From positions 62,001-126,000 of the forward strand of contig ADNK01002959.1 in assembly GCA_000320545.1 (NCBI GenBank): a DNA stretch of 64,000 bases, in the 5' to 3' direction. Below the pieces are notes generated by a model. The model worked only from the letters and a program-made list of their open reading frames with translations. It searched no databases and was not told the DNA's origin. Of the stretch, positions 21,870 to 35,223 are shown piece after piece. A program made the translations under genes and the position numbers. The DNA is from Bigelowiella natans CCMP2755. Lineage: Eukaryota; Protista; Cercozoa. The number at the start of each line of letters is the position of its first letter. Position 1 is the stretch's first letter.

Positions 21870-24674
21870 ATGAGTAAACCTGTCGATAAAGAGACAGAGA
21901 AGGTGTTGCAGGCAGTTAAAGCTCTATTTTCAGAAAGCACAACAAACGAAGTTCGCAACGAGGCAAATAAATGGTTGCTTGGATTTAAGAAGACACGTCA
22001 AGCTTGGAGAGTGGCCGATGCCATATTGTCGAGGCCGGGACTTTCAAGAGATGCTTACTATTTTGCAGCTTATACACTTCGCCGCAAAATTCAATATGAT
22101 TTTGGGGACCTCTCAAATATGGAAAATAGGATTTCCCTTCGAAATAGTCTATTCCAACACGCACTACGACATTCTGCAGATAAAATGATCCGAATGCAAC
22201 TGGCTTTAGCAGTCTCCGTCTTGGCAATCCACATGGTAGGGGATCAATGGCCAACTGCACTTAAGGATATAGTAAATCATTTTAATAGAAAGGAGACAGC
22301 CATTTTATTGCTAGACATTCTTACTGTTCTGCCTGAAGAGTGGGACAACCCAAAGCTCTCAACTCCCAAGGCAATGAGACGCAAAGCGGAGAGAATGTTT
22401 GTGGCTCACACAGAAAACGTCCTCAAGATATTAAGAACGTATATGCATACCGCTGGGAACAAGGCAGATCTCCAGATAATCGTCTTCAAATGCTTTCTAA
22501 GTTGGGTGCGATATGGTGACATTTCGCCAGAGGCACTGGTGAATGACCCGTTATTCAAATTTGTGTTTGTTGCAGTGAAGAAAGATCCGTTATTCGAAAT
22601 ATCGTTGGAAGTCCTTGCAGAACTTGTAGTGCATACGGATGATATTAAGAAATACCAATCAGCTGTCGAAGTAATCGTCCCTAATGCTCTACAATTAAGA
22701 GGAAGGTACGATATGGCCCTAAATCAAGATGACTCTGAGGCGTGCAAAGGTCTTGCAAGACTTTTCAGTGAAATGGGCGAAAGATATTTAGGCTTTGTTA
22801 TGCATCCATCAAAGCAATCTGAAGCGCTGTTGAAAATGCTCCTGAAATGTACTGAGCACCCAGACAAAAGAGTAGCATCGATAACTTTTAATTTTTGGTA
22901 CAATCTCTCACGTGAAGTGAACGAAAAAAGGTATGAAAAGGTGCGCCCTTTGTTTGAGCAGGTTTTTGGACTACTAGTCAAGCCCTTGAAGGGAGTGATG
23001 GCGTATCCCCGAACTGTGCAGCAATTCAGTGATGACAAGCAGATAGGAGATTTCAAAAGATACCGTTATCTTGCTGCTGATGTTCTGGTTGACACCGTAG
23101 GAGTAATAGGAATTAAGAAAGTCCTGGGAGCTCTGCTAGACCTCATCAAATTAGAATGGAATGACTACCAAAAGGACAAATCACGATGGCACGGAGTAGA
23201 AGCATGCCTTTATTGTTTTCGGTCTGTTGCTCGGAAAGTGCGGCCAGAAGAAAATGAAATCCTTCCTCAGATCATGGAATTCTTGCCGAAAGTAGCGGCA
23301 AATTCCGCGTTGAGATACACTGCTACTTTAATTGTGGGAAGATTTAATGTCTGGATAAATAACCATCCCAAATTTATCCAGCCATTGATGAAATTCGTTG
23401 TGGAAGGCTTGAAGAATGAAGTTCCATTGGTTGTTTCGTCAGCTGCTTTTGCTTTCAACTATGTCTGTCTAGGATGCGCAGAACATCTAGCGAGAAATCT
23501 GATCAAGCCCCTCTTCCAGGTGTATCTTAACTCAGGTGGATTGAGAATTCAAGAAAGGAAAGAAATAGTTGAAGGACTCACAAGCGTGGTGTCGAAGTTG
23601 TCAATAGAAAATAAGCAATTTCTCCAGGGACTTACTGAAATAATCACACCATTAGCGAAGGTCCTGCAGGCTGCAACTGAATCGAAGGAAATACATAGTG
23701 ATGACAACAAGGCTAAAGTAAGCAATGCTCTCGATCTCATTGCTCAGGCTTTTTTGCAGCTTCCAGAAGCAGGTGCCAAGCAAGTAGCAGAACTTTTGAT
23801 GAAGTTGCATCCTATATTAGACAAGACAATGGACAAGTTTCTCAAGGATGATCAAATAATGGAAAGGGTATGTCGCTGCTGGAAATATGGCATTCGTGCA
23901 TCAAAGCTTTATTTTAAGCCGATGATAGTCCCTTTGCTGACCAAATTATCGCAACTATTCCCCAAGTATCCGCACTCTTCTTTTCTGTACATTGTATGCG
24001 TTTGTATCAACGAATTCGGCACTAAACCTGACTATCAAATCCTAATGGCTCATGCATACACCACATTTTCTAAACATGGAATGTCAAAGCTAACGTCGCC
24101 AACCGCTTACCAAAATCATCCTGACGTCGTCGGAGACTATTTTGATATGCAGAAGCGATATCTTCATCATTGCCCGCACATCGTCTTCAGTTCGGATCTT
24201 ATTGTCCACGTATTTCGATGTGCATTAGTCGGAATTGGAGTCGAGCATAAGGATGCTTGCTCCATGTTGATGAAGTTCTTCGCAACATTTGTAAAAATTG
24301 GACGCGAGTTACAAAGGAACCCATCTGCGAGGATACCGAATAGAGAGAAAGCCATTAACATGCACAAAGGTATAATGTCGGAACACGGACAGTCGTTGAC
24401 GAATGGTGTAATACAGGGTGTGGCTTTCCGGTTACCATACTCTCGAATTCCCTTTTGCGTAGAAGTTATAGAAGCCTTGATACATTGCGGTGGCCCTGCC
24501 GAAAAGTGGTTCGTTGAGGCCTTGAAGAAAATTCCAGACACAGAATCGCCAATGACAAAGCGACAGTTTCTTATATGTCTTTTCCAGCCTCAAGAGGCCA
24601 GAAATCAACGGACAAGGTCAACGAAGGAGATAATTAAAGAATATGCAAATGCTGTGCGGTCGAAAATTCGTTAG
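21870..24674 (+). CDS. TNPO3: Transportin-3/transportin-SR (importin-13/Mtr10 family), intronless, 934 aa
   Basis: Importin-beta N-terminus (ANKWLLGF..AWRVAD..YFAAYTLRRKIQYDF), EVLAEL, TFNFWYNL, VCRCWKYGIR, HPDVVGDYF; helical HEAT-like character throughout. Confidence 0.88.
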   Translation: MSKPVDKETEKVLQAVKALFSESTTNEVRNEANKWLLGFKKTRQAWRVADAILSRPGLSRDAYYFAAYTLRRKIQYDFGDLSNMENRISLRNSLFQHALRHSADKMIRMQLALAVSVLAIHMVGDQWPTALKDIVNHFNRKETAILLLDILTVLPEEWDNPKLSTPKAMRRKAERMFVAHTENVLKILRTYMHTAGNKADLQIIVFKCFLSWVRYGDISPEALVNDPLFKFVFVAVKKDPLFEISLEVLAELVVHTDDIKKYQSAVEVIVPNALQLRGRYDMALNQDDSEACKGLARLFSEMGERYLGFVMHPSKQSEALLKMLLKCTEHPDKRVASITFNFWYNLSREVNEKRYEKVRPLFEQVFGLLVKPLKGVMAYPRTVQQFSDDKQIGDFKRYRYLAADVLVDTVGVIGIKKVLGALLDLIKLEWNDYQKDKSRWHGVEACLYCFRSVARKVRPEENEILPQIMEFLPKVAANSALRYTATLIVGRFNVWINNHPKFIQPLMKFVVEGLKNEVPLVVSSAAFAFNYVCLGCAEHLARNLIKPLFQVYLNSGGLRIQERKEIVEGLTSVVSKLSIENKQFLQGLTEIITPLAKVLQAATESKEIHSDDNKAKVSNALDLIAQAFLQLPEAGAKQVAELLMKLHPILDKTMDKFLKDDQIMERVCRCWKYGIRASKLYFKPMIVPLLTKLSQLFPKYPHSSFLYIVCVCINEFGTKPDYQILMAHAYTTFSKHGMSKLTSPTAYQNHPDVVGDYFDMQKRYLHHCPHIVFSSDLIVHVFRCALVGIGVEHKDACSMLMKFFATFVKIGRELQRNPSARIPNREKAINMHKGIMSEHGQSLTNGVIQGVAFRLPYSRIPFCVEVIEALIHCGGPAEKWFVEALKKIPDTESPMTKRQFLICLFQPQEARNQRTRSTKEIIKEYANAVRSKIR

Positions 24675-25150
24675 TTCTTCTCTTACATGCAATGCAAATC
24701 TAGAAATTCATCTGGTCATAGGAAACTAAATATCATTTGTGCATGTTATTGAGGGCGCACAATCACCCCTATTCACGAAGTCAACTACATTCATTACGAC
24801 TGATGAGAAACATATAGCTCTTTTATTTCGTCTATCACCATTCATGCGGCTAATAGCTACCCATGATTATCCAGCCTTGCTAGCTTGCACTTTGCATGCA
24901 GCGACATGTGAGCGTCTGATGCGTGCAGTGCATGATTCCATGATAACGCATCGATCACGCATGATGGCGCTGCGCATGTCCTCTTTAGAACTAGAAACTA
25001 TGGCACTACATGTTGCGCGTGCGATCGAGACGAAATTCTACAATGAGAAATTAGCTAGTCCACAGCGCTTAGGCAGGTGCTCGGAATCATTGTAGACTCT
25101 AGGACTAGCAGATTGACATCTAGACATTGTGACAACACACCTAGACAGCA

Positions 25151-25239
25151 AGACAGATGTAATCAATTAAATTGAATTTGTTCAATCTAGCAATGGTCAT
25201 CCTCATGTAGCTGTGCAATGCAGCGGCTACAGTGCTAAT
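25151..25239 (-). repeat. LINE 3'-end fragment
   Basis: agacagatgtaat...caatggtcatcctcatgtagctgtgcaatgcagcggctacagtgctaat. Confidence 0.85.
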
Positions 25240-25711
25240 CTAGCTGATGTTGAATCCACACCTAGACAGCAACGATACACTGATCTAGTGATCTGAGCTT
25301 TGCGCACATTTGTTGATGAAGGCAATGTTTGATTCGCGTGTCAATGCGTATCACAAGTCATTTATCAAGATAGGCGCGATGGATTACCACTTGACTAGCT
25401 TGCATGTGACAATCTACTGGAGAGCTATCTAGCCATGCTTGTGCTTGCTCGCAGTTGCATTGGCTTGCGTTTACACGTTTCACATGGTGTTGTCGAGGGC
25501 TTATGTAGCTAGCACGCATGAGAGCATCATGTCCTGTAACGTGGTGAGCTGCAATCAAATTAAATGGTTAATAAAAACTACAAAGAGATTTGCACTGCGG
25601 CTGCACTTACTTCTACGTGCTTATTCAAACACATACTCAGATCATTTTCTTCATTCTCAACTACATGGTATTTCCCTCATTATTCACTTTCCACTGTATG
25701 TAGCCGTCAAT

Positions 25712-25774
<63 letters not shown>

Positions 25775-26051
25775 TAGAGGTATTGCGATTCAAAATTGGA
25801 ATTTGTCCAGAATATGCCAACATCGTTTGTGGTGCCCCCGGTCATCATTAAGCATCACTGTGTAATGACTGTACATGTATCTCACCGGCGATGGATCAAC
25901 TAAAAGCCTGAGAATTGTGACGAACAAGGAACTTCACCCTTCATCAATAATGACCTTCTCAGCCAATCGTTGGGGCTGTGCATCATTTCGTGGATGATGG
26001 GTATTCAAGCATTCTCGAGTATTTGTCCTTTTCTTTTTTCTTTTTCGTTTA

Positions 26052-26505
26052 CACCCGTTTGCTAAGTGCGGCAGGGTCGGACCCTGCCGACAGGGTGGCC
26101 GGGTGGCAGTGTCGGAAGGATTTGGAGTTTTGCTCTCTGACTCTGCCCTGATTTCGTCAATTTGGCAGGCCTGCCGGCATCTGCTGACAGTCGCGGGGAT
26201 TGCCTTGGTAATCGCGGTGTGATCAGTGAGCAGTGGTCAAAAATTAGGACAAATTTTTGCGATGTATTTGGATGGAGCAGTGCAGATTGTGAAAGTTCCA
26301 TAGGCAACGCTGGGTCCCCGGAAATCCCCGGGGATTTCCCTGCCGGCAGGGAAGCGGACTGGTGGGATGGAGTCTCGCTCCCTGCCGGCAGGGAAATTCG
26401 ACCGATTTTTTAAATTCCGACACTACCGCAAATATCCGCGAATATCGGCAGGACAATCGGCAGGCCTGCCATCCTGCCGACCCTACCGCACTTAGCAAAT
26501 GGGTG
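26052..26505. mobile_element. MITE, PIF/Harbinger (Tourist-like), 454 bp
   Basis: ~29-bp terminal inverted repeats caccc[g/a]tttgctaagtgcgg[c/t]agggtcgg, TTA on both flanks (26049-26051, 26506-26508), GC-rich non-coding interior with ccctgccggcaggg palindromes. Confidence 0.85.
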
Positions 26506-26911
26506 TTATCTCTGAGTTATTGCTGCATCCTTTTCGGAATCGCGACATGAACATCGGATTGACGCGATGCACGTTCTCTACATTGGTTGTCATCACAACA
26601 GCTACTATTGTCGTAGATCGAATTTCAATGAATCATTTTATTGTCGTAAATAGAAATTCCCCTGTATTTACATTGCAGTTAAGACCGCTGAACCCAATAC
26701 GAAGTAGTAGATCTAGATCTACTCGCAGGAGTGTCTGTCCATCCGATGCCACACACGGTATAAATTGATTTCGTGTTTGTTTTGGCGCATCTCTCTTCTT
26801 GTAATTGTGCCAGTTTTCTTGTGTTCTCAAGTGCTGTGGAGGTGTGAATGTCTCACGTATCTTTGCTTTGAAGTGCTGCGAGTAGTCTCATATTGTTTCC
26901 GACACACCAGG

Positions 26912-27552
26912 TTCAAAATTCAACCTACAAGCTCAAGCAGGACATCAATTGGGTGCAGGCGGCTGCCAGTGCTGCTGGATTCAATTGTAACGCCTCCTTA
27001 GATTTTTGAGAGACCAATGATACCAAATTTTAGTCTTTGTTCTTGTTTACTCCGTAGGCTGTCGGCAATTGAACGCCTACACCCTGTATGAAGAAGATGG
27101 AAGTAGTTCTTTCATGTCCAAAAGATGGCTGTTTATGGGTGCTGTGCCGAATGATGTCTACAATCCCGTCCTTCCCTTCCATCTTATTTTTTCCTAATCT
27201 TGTCTCTCAGTTCCTACACTCACCATTTTGTCTTACATATTCGTTCAGGGCAAGACTGTTGCTTATTCTGTACGCGAGCAAAGCAACATGTTCTGCCGAT
27301 GCTGCTGCGCCCCTGTGCACGCATTTCGTAAGTCGACTCAGTTTAGCAAAATGGACAAAAACAAGAAAGAAGGGGGGTAGGGTCAATATGCTGCAGCCAA
27401 GTGCTGCAAGTTGCAAGTATTGATTTTTTGCTTTATTGCGGTTTTATCGCCATAGAGCTGAATGTTTTCGCCGGGGCGAAAGATCCAAAGGATGAGAAGG
27501 TTGACGATGCTGTGATGACCATGTATCATCCGTTCAAGATTCCTCCATGCTG

Positions 27553-27592
<40 letters not shown>

Positions 27593-28115
27593 GAGCACAG
27601 TTAACACATGCAGCCTTGCTCTCTCCACATGAATGTCGCCTTGCTGAGTCTACCAAATTGCAAGCTTAAATCAATCCAGGTGTGTGTTATACCTGATATT
27701 TTGGCAACCCATTATAGCCCCATTTGCTGCAACATGTGCCGCGGAGAGATGATCGTCTATGATGGCTACGTGGACGTTCTAAGCAAGAGCACTGAAGAAA
27801 TCAAAAGTACAAGGAAAAGCAGGCCGTGGAGAGAGGGGGGAGAGGGATAAAAACAGTTTCGCAAAGAATCTGATTGACATGGAAGAGAGAGAGAGGGAGA
27901 GAGAGGAGGGATGAGAAGACAGGGATACCACCTTTATTTCGATGAATCTTCATTCGTTTCACTACTCAGATATCCAAAATCCTATTCTCTCAACTGCAAA
28001 ACAGCCCACGTGTGGAGGTAGTAGTAGCTGTAGTCGAAGTAGGAAGGGGAGGGGAATGCGACTAACAGAGAGTACGACATAACAAACAGCCAGCCGCAAC
28101 AATCTGTAGACACCC

Positions 28116-28164
<49 letters not shown>

Positions 28165-28574
28165 TGTGCGGGGGTGATCTGATGATGTGTAAATAGGCGT
28201 ATTTCAACCCGCAATCAATATCTTTGACGGAGCTGCACCTGAAGAAGGAAACGATAAGGCAACATACACAGTAAAAGGCCCCTTCTGCTGCATCGGAGGA
28301 CTCTGTGGAAACATTTGCTTTCCGCCTACTTTCCATGTCTTCGAGGGCAAGGTGGGGTGAGAGAGAGCGTAAGAGGGATAGGGAAGGGGAGGACTATTCG
28401 TTTTTATAAATGAAAATTCAGAAGCAATCGATTCAATGCTAGCTCACAAAACATGCACCACGATTAGGGAGAGGGAGACGCCAAGGAGCTCACAACGATT
28501 GAAAAGGATTTTCCTGAAGGTAGTGCGCACTAGAAAATCAACAAGAGAGAAGGAGGGGAAGGAAAGGATTTAAG

Positions 28575-28652
<78 letters not shown>

Positions 28653-28669
28653 TAAATCTTAAACACATA

Positions 28670-28704
<35 letters not shown>

Positions 28705-28845
28705 AATATTGTTTATTCAGGCGCTGGCGGTTTTGTCCAGCAAGTTTGCACTACGGCAGACAACTTCACCATCAACATGCCAGAAGGTTGGTGGTGGTCG
28801 TGCTGCTTCTTCTTGTGGCAGCGAGTGGAACAATTGCCATAGGAG

Positions 28846-28876
<31 letters not shown>

Positions 28877-29400
28877 TGAAGTAGAAGAAGAAAGAGGGAG
28901 AGAGCCAACCTATAAATTGTATCTAGATTTACGATTCTCAATCGCAAATCCGGCGCAAAAGCCATTATCACCTAGTTGTTTGCCGTGAAACCTACCTACC
29001 AACCGAGTCTTTGGCTCGGGAAGGGCATCTAAGGGCTAATTTGCTTAACAAATCTCTAGTTATCATCGATGTATCGTCGTCAATGCCTTCATATTGAAAT
29101 GCCTAGTCCTCTTCATCCGCATATAGCATAATAACTCACGAAATGCCTTTTACATTACAAATACGTGTGTTACTTATTTTGTCCGCCTTCATGATCAGAG
29201 TCCACTCCGGCCTCAAAGGCTGCCATGCTTGGATCCTCACTCCTAATCGACTACTTGTTCTTCGAAGAAGGCGGTGGGATGATAGAGCGAAGAATACTAA
29301 CTGTTGTTGCACAATTAGGATTTACAAATGAGTCAATAAAATAATCTTAAACCCGTCTGTCTCTCTTCCTCTAATTTAGTTGTCGCCTATGCGTGCGTGC

Positions 29401-29436
<36 letters not shown>

Positions 29437-29569
29437 ACTTGTTCTCAATGTATATGTTCTTCTACTTACCACAGCCAACATCTACTGCGACGTGGTGGAG
29501 CAAGAACTCGTCTGCGTGTGCTGCAACTTTTATTGCTGCGGGGTATGTGGTGTATGGTGTGTGTGTGCG

Positions 29570-29608
<39 letters not shown>

Positions 29609-29906
29609 ATGTTTCCCTTCACCTTAGTATATCATGGAAGTGGGGCTGTATTTGAATTTATAGGATTTTGACAAATATCGTTCGAAGTCGTGAGAGATTC
29701 TTCTATGCTAAAAATACATACATCGATGATCTTGTGAAATGTAAACCCCCCATTTGGGATACTATATCCCCATGTTTATACACACACACAATATATTGAA
29801 AATACAAATGTGCGTACGGTTATATTTCCTTGCTTCTATCGCTGTGGTTGGCCAGGCTCTCTGCCCGTGCACTCTCCGACTTTCCTTTGCTAATAAAGAT
29901 GACTAG
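26912..29906 (+). CDS. Phospholipid scramblase family protein, multi-exon; 5' end uncertain
   Basis: Exons: YSVREQSNMFCRCCCAPVHAF, AKQPTCG|GVFQPAINIF, VKGPFCCIGG, VCTTADNFTINMP, KAAMLGSSLLIDYLFFE, CCNFYCCG|ALCPC; stop 29904-29906. Confidence 0.85.
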
Positions 29907-30721
29907 GAGTAGGTAATGGAGAACAACACAATGCGGTATCACATGGTATTGGGAGGGAATAGATGCCAAAATTTCTTTACATAAAGATTCGTGTAAGGTT
30001 GGTTGAGCGTTGAGTGATAACAACCTTAGAGGACACTTTTCTCCCCCAAAATACAAGATTTTACATCCATTGGGTACAGCCAAACACACACCAACACAAA
30101 TGTGTTAGCGCGAGGAATATCTTGCCCAACTCCATCGATATTGACAAATAATCGAACGAACTAGTCAACTGCAATGTCAAGAGCTTATGCTGACATAATA
30201 CATAAAAGCAAAGTTTTTCCTTCGTCAATCTATACTATACATTCTAGCATTGTCATGAATACTTGCGTGCAATAAATAAGTATATGAATGTGCGCGCGCG
30301 GTTATCTCGTAGCGTATTGTAGCAATAAGCAGATGCTAGATCGAACATTATGCTGCCAACGGCACACGTGATAATGAGTGATGGCAATCTAAGGAGTAAT
30401 AGGTGAGGATATATAATTAGTAGACTACGCTATATTAATTGCAGCTGGGGGATATATGGCCATGTGGTGAGTATATTTATTGTTTAGCGGGGGTAATAGT
30501 GTGATGATGCTATAGCCATAGTCTAGATAGTCCAGGAGCTAGCATTGAGATTCTGTCGCATTGGCGCTTGCAGAATCGAATTCTACATAGCCAAATGCTT
30601 ACATACATCAGAAGCAACAATAAAAGCTCTGTGATGCGGTACTATTCACGGTCGTCAGTACTGCAGACTTCTCATTGGGCAACAATGCGCTCTTATGTCT
30701 TATTACTCGGTGTCATTCTAG

Positions 30722-32433
30722 ATGGGCGCCAACAGGATCGTCCGCTTGCTGTGAGAGTGCGATGACAGTAGCAGGGAGAGACTGTTACTACTGCTGCTAC
30801 ATTTGATGACATGGATCCATATAATTGAGGGTCGTTTGGCGGTGGCATGTAGTTGTTGTTGTTGTTCTTGTTGTTGTAGAAAAGACTCGTACGATGAGTA
30901 TCAGGTAAGCCGTTGAACTGCTGAATTCGAAGACATCAGATATTTGGATGGGCTCGTCCAAGGAAGGCATTATTAATTTATAAGTTATCTCAACCTGGCA
31001 ACGTGCCTTTCCAATGTGCAGGGTAACAATCTCTCCCCTTCCCTCATTTGTTTACTGCTCCCGAAAAAACACAACGGCCAATGGGATGCCGGCAGGTGCG
31101 AGATGAGTATCACAAGAAGAGGAAGCCGGAAATCTCTGTTTGTAGAGGGAAATAATTCAGTACGACAACTTGGATACATTGTCGTCGTTTTGAAAATGGA
31201 TCCAATTCGGGATATGATAGCGATTTGGCCTAAAACTTGCCAAAGCATCGAAAACCGTCTTGCCATTTATTTACATGTATTTTTGTTTAAAACGGATACA
31301 ATTGGAGATGATTTCAAAAATATGGGGGATTTTGGATTGTACGACAAGCTTTCTATGCCGATCTGCGGACACAAAGCCCGCCAGGGAATGGCTGCCTTCC
31401 GTTAAGGTAGCGAGAGTAATGGAAAACTAAATTAGATCTAGTTGGGGAGTTGTAATTATGTGCATTATCAATTCGTACGAGTCGACAAGCATCATCTTAG
31501 GGGGGGTAACATCTGTTGAGAAATGGGACATTCGAACAACCATCCACCTTGATGAACATCGGGAGGGTTTAATTATTCTTCTCACGTGGAATTTATCCTT
31601 CCTTCCAGCACGCACCAAAGGTAGAGAATCATATAGATCCGTCAGCTTCACACAAGGCATGGACCCATACAGCTTTCAGAACAGAAAAGAGATCGAGCGT
31701 CGAGTTGACGAATTAGAGAAGGCTCTAAAGACTGATGATATTAAGGAGAAAGATCAGCAGATCCAGCTAGAAATGGACAAATTAAAAGAAAAAATGTCCA
31801 ACCTAACCAATTCCTCCTCTGAGTCGCGCCCGTCTACAGCGTAATTTTAATCATAAACTAATCCACGTTGCTATTTATGATGGTCCTGTTACTGTACGTA
31901 GAAGTCAATTGTTTACTACTACCAAATCATTCAGGAATCCAATTTCTAAAAAAGACGCCGAGATGATATCTTGGGTGAAGAGTATACGTACGGTGGGTTG
32001 AAAATACAATGATCACATGTCAATATGCAAATGATTCATAGTTTGTTTTCCACAGATATTAGAGAACAAGGTCGGGCACATGGCAAAGTGGATGAGGAAA
32101 TTCGATACCGATAGGAGTGGGAAAATAGACAAAGATGAGTTCAAAACCATTTTGAAAACATACAGGTTAGGAACAACAATTCAACGCTACCGTTTGCAAT
32201 ATAATTTCTCATTTGATAAATTTATCCATAGTATTGATGCTGACAAAGACCAGACCGAGCGGTTGTGGGGAATTTTCGATAAGAATGGTTCTGGGAGAGT
32301 GTCGGTGTCGGAAACTTGTTGAAGCAATTGATGGTTGTGATAAATTGCATGCTATAATACGACGGAAAAATAGTGCGTTATGGAGTTCCAGAAGATCAGC
32401 AAGAAACTGAACGCCCATAAAAGATCGGAATGA
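30722..32433 (+). CDS. EF-hand Ca-binding protein with coiled coil; N-terminal exons uncertain
   Basis: FDTDRSGKIDKDEF and FDKNGSGRVS..EF loops, upstream coiled coil (EIERRVDELEKALK), short introns. Confidence 0.7.
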
Positions 32434-32651
32434 GAAGGGACACAATTAGCCAAACGTAACGGTAGTGCTGCTGCCCAAGTGTACAATAATCTACACATTA
32501 TATTCCTGTACTGTCATGATTTACATCAATCAATGATGACTCGGACATTAGCACGTGTTATGCGACATGTTAGCAGGTAATGTGACATATATGTTTTAAT
32601 AAGCTGCTTGCTGGGAGGCATGAAACAAGCGCGCATGGCATTGCGTTGAAT

Positions 32652-32784
32652 GTGAGACGGATGAATGAAGTGGGTGATTAAATCTTTGCAATGGCATTGA
32701 ATGTATGAGATGGATGTAATGAATTGATTAAATGCGTTGAATGCATGAGACGGATGTAATGAATAAATGTTAATTTTTTCAATG
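32652..32784 (-). repeat. Three tandem LINE 3' termini
   Basis: tgagacggatgaatga / tgagatggatgtaatgaa / tgagacggatgtaatgaa...ttttttcaatg. Confidence 0.8.
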
Positions 32785-32943
32785 CACAGAGAGGCAGCTT
32801 CTCACTGTGTACAATGAGAAGCCCTCCTAGCCTTGTGTACCACCAGGCACTCATTGCTCGTGTGCGTTTGCATGCGTGTACTAAGACTGCTTCGCCATAT
32901 GGCAAAATGAGCATTAATTGCATGCACAATTTCACTGCACTTG

Positions 32944-33815
32944 TCATTTTGGGGCAAGAAACTTCTTTGCAATATGAGAAAGCAACCAAGCTTTATCGAG
33001 ATTCCGAGAGTTTATTTCTCGCTCTTTCTTACAATCGCTAGATTCTTCTCTGCTGGTACTTACGTGGGTGATGGGCGAAGCTTTGAATAGGTGTTGAGTT
33101 CCACGTTCGAGCTCAACGCTGCTACTAACCACGTTGACATGATCTTTTGTTGCATCAAATACTTTGTCTACTTTATTTCCACCATTTTTGTTGCGTATGT
33201 TTGCAACCGATTTAAAGCATTTTTTTTTTCCGTTAAAGTTGATCGTAAGCCGCATGCAGACTCCAGATTCAACCTGCCGTTCGACCTTTAAGGAGGAGAA
33301 GAACAAATTATTAAAGAAGATGCATTATAATATGAGTGTTGGAATATATTTTATCTTGTATTTACTGCTGTCTTCTTATTCTTCTTCTTTCATTTATCCC
33401 TTTATCTACCTCTTTTGTGTTGTTGATTAGAAGGACTTGACTCCTAAATAGTTTTTGTAAGCCCTTTTCCTTGTTCCGTATCCATGCATCACGTGCATCG
33501 AGATGGAAAGAAGGCTGGATGCGAACTTTCAACGGCTTTTCTTCTGGATGAGGATCAATCCCAATATCGTTGCTGTTGCCATCATCATCACCATAATCAT
33601 CATCATCATTATTATCGCCATCTTCCTTTTCATGATCGGATTGGTGTCCTATCCTGCTGTGTTGGCACAATGTTTTCCCGCTACTTCTGGGCTTATTCAC
33701 AGTAATGGTGGAAGAGGAAGCTATAGTAGTAGCGGTAGAAGGAGAAGAAGAAGAAGTAACGACGACATCATTTTTCTGTTGCAGTAGCTGCGATTTCCTC
33801 TTTTGGATATCCTTC

Positions 33816-33848
<33 letters not shown>

Positions 33849-35189
33849 TCCCTCTTCTGGTCATTCTTTAGGTCCATTCTATTGCTTCTGTCTATGCCCT
33901 GCTGCTGTTTGCCGTTTATTATACGCCTACGATTGCTACTGCTACCACCACCACCACCACCACCACCACTACTAGGATTAGTCCATTCTGATGCAAAATC
34001 ACCAAGAATATGGTACTTTGACTTAAACCAAAACCATCCGCAAACAGGAAAATGAAGGATACACGGCTCAGAGAGGGAGACCACTCGTGACATATCTAGA
34101 TTCCTGATATCGGCAAGGGCAGTAGCCATCCGAGGAGGAGGAGGAGGAGGAGAGGGTTTTGTTGTTGTTGTTGTTGTTGTTGTTGTTGCTCCTAATGACG
34201 ACGATGATGATGATGATGTTTGACGTGGAGGAGAAATGAACCAGCCGTGTACCGAGGCTGGAGTTGCATTAGCCGATACACGTACAGAAGACTTACCTTG
34301 CAAAAGAACAACAAAACCACAACACCAACAATCACAGAGGAACTTCAAAAAATATGAGAAATGATTTCTGAGGACAAAAAAAGATAACAAAAGCATCATC
34401 ATCATCATCATCATCATCTATCTGCACTGCTCATTGGTGATGAAGTTGACTTAGCATCCATCGGTGATGTGAACTACCACCACCACCTTACTGACTTAGC
34501 ATCCATCGGTGATGTGAACTACCACCACCACCTTACTGACTTAGCATCCATCGGTGATGTGAACTACTACCACCTTACTGAAGTAACAACTATGCAGTGT
34601 AGTATATATTGAGTGATACCATTGTCGTAGAAGAGGAGATACTGATGGTGCCTAAGGAATCAAAGGATGAATAGAAAATTAAAAGATGATGCAATGATGA
34701 AGAAGCCGTTAATGATGATCACAAAGATGTCGGGATGAAAGTTCTTACGATGACGATGACGATGATAGTGGAGATGATGGTAATGATAATGATGATGATG
34801 ATGTTGATAATAATAGTAGCACAAAGTGAATACCTTGTGCGTTTGGTCCAAAAACTCATTGCCTCTCTTGTCTAAATACATGTTGAATAAATTAGAGTTA
34901 CAGCAGCAGCAGCAGCAGCAGCATCAGCAGTAGAACGAAGAGCAAATCGTATCATCATCGCATCGTCGGGACATGATGAAGAGCTCAACTAACATCATCA
35001 TCGCATTCAATTCCTCGCATATATGGTCTCTTCTTCTTGTTCTTGTTCTTGTTCTTCTTCCTTTTCTTCTTCTTCCTTTCTCCTCCTTTGCCTCCTCCTT
35101 CTCTCTTACTTACTCTTGGATGTATTCCGAGCGTAAGGTGATTCTTGCGGAACAGGGAAACCTTGTTATTATATTTATTCTGCAATTAT

Positions 35190-35223
<34 letters not shown>

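Noticed and set aside
25790-26030. Possible minus-strand exons beside the MITE
   Set aside because: Some GT-AG-bounded segments are present but give no recognisable protein or consistent model.
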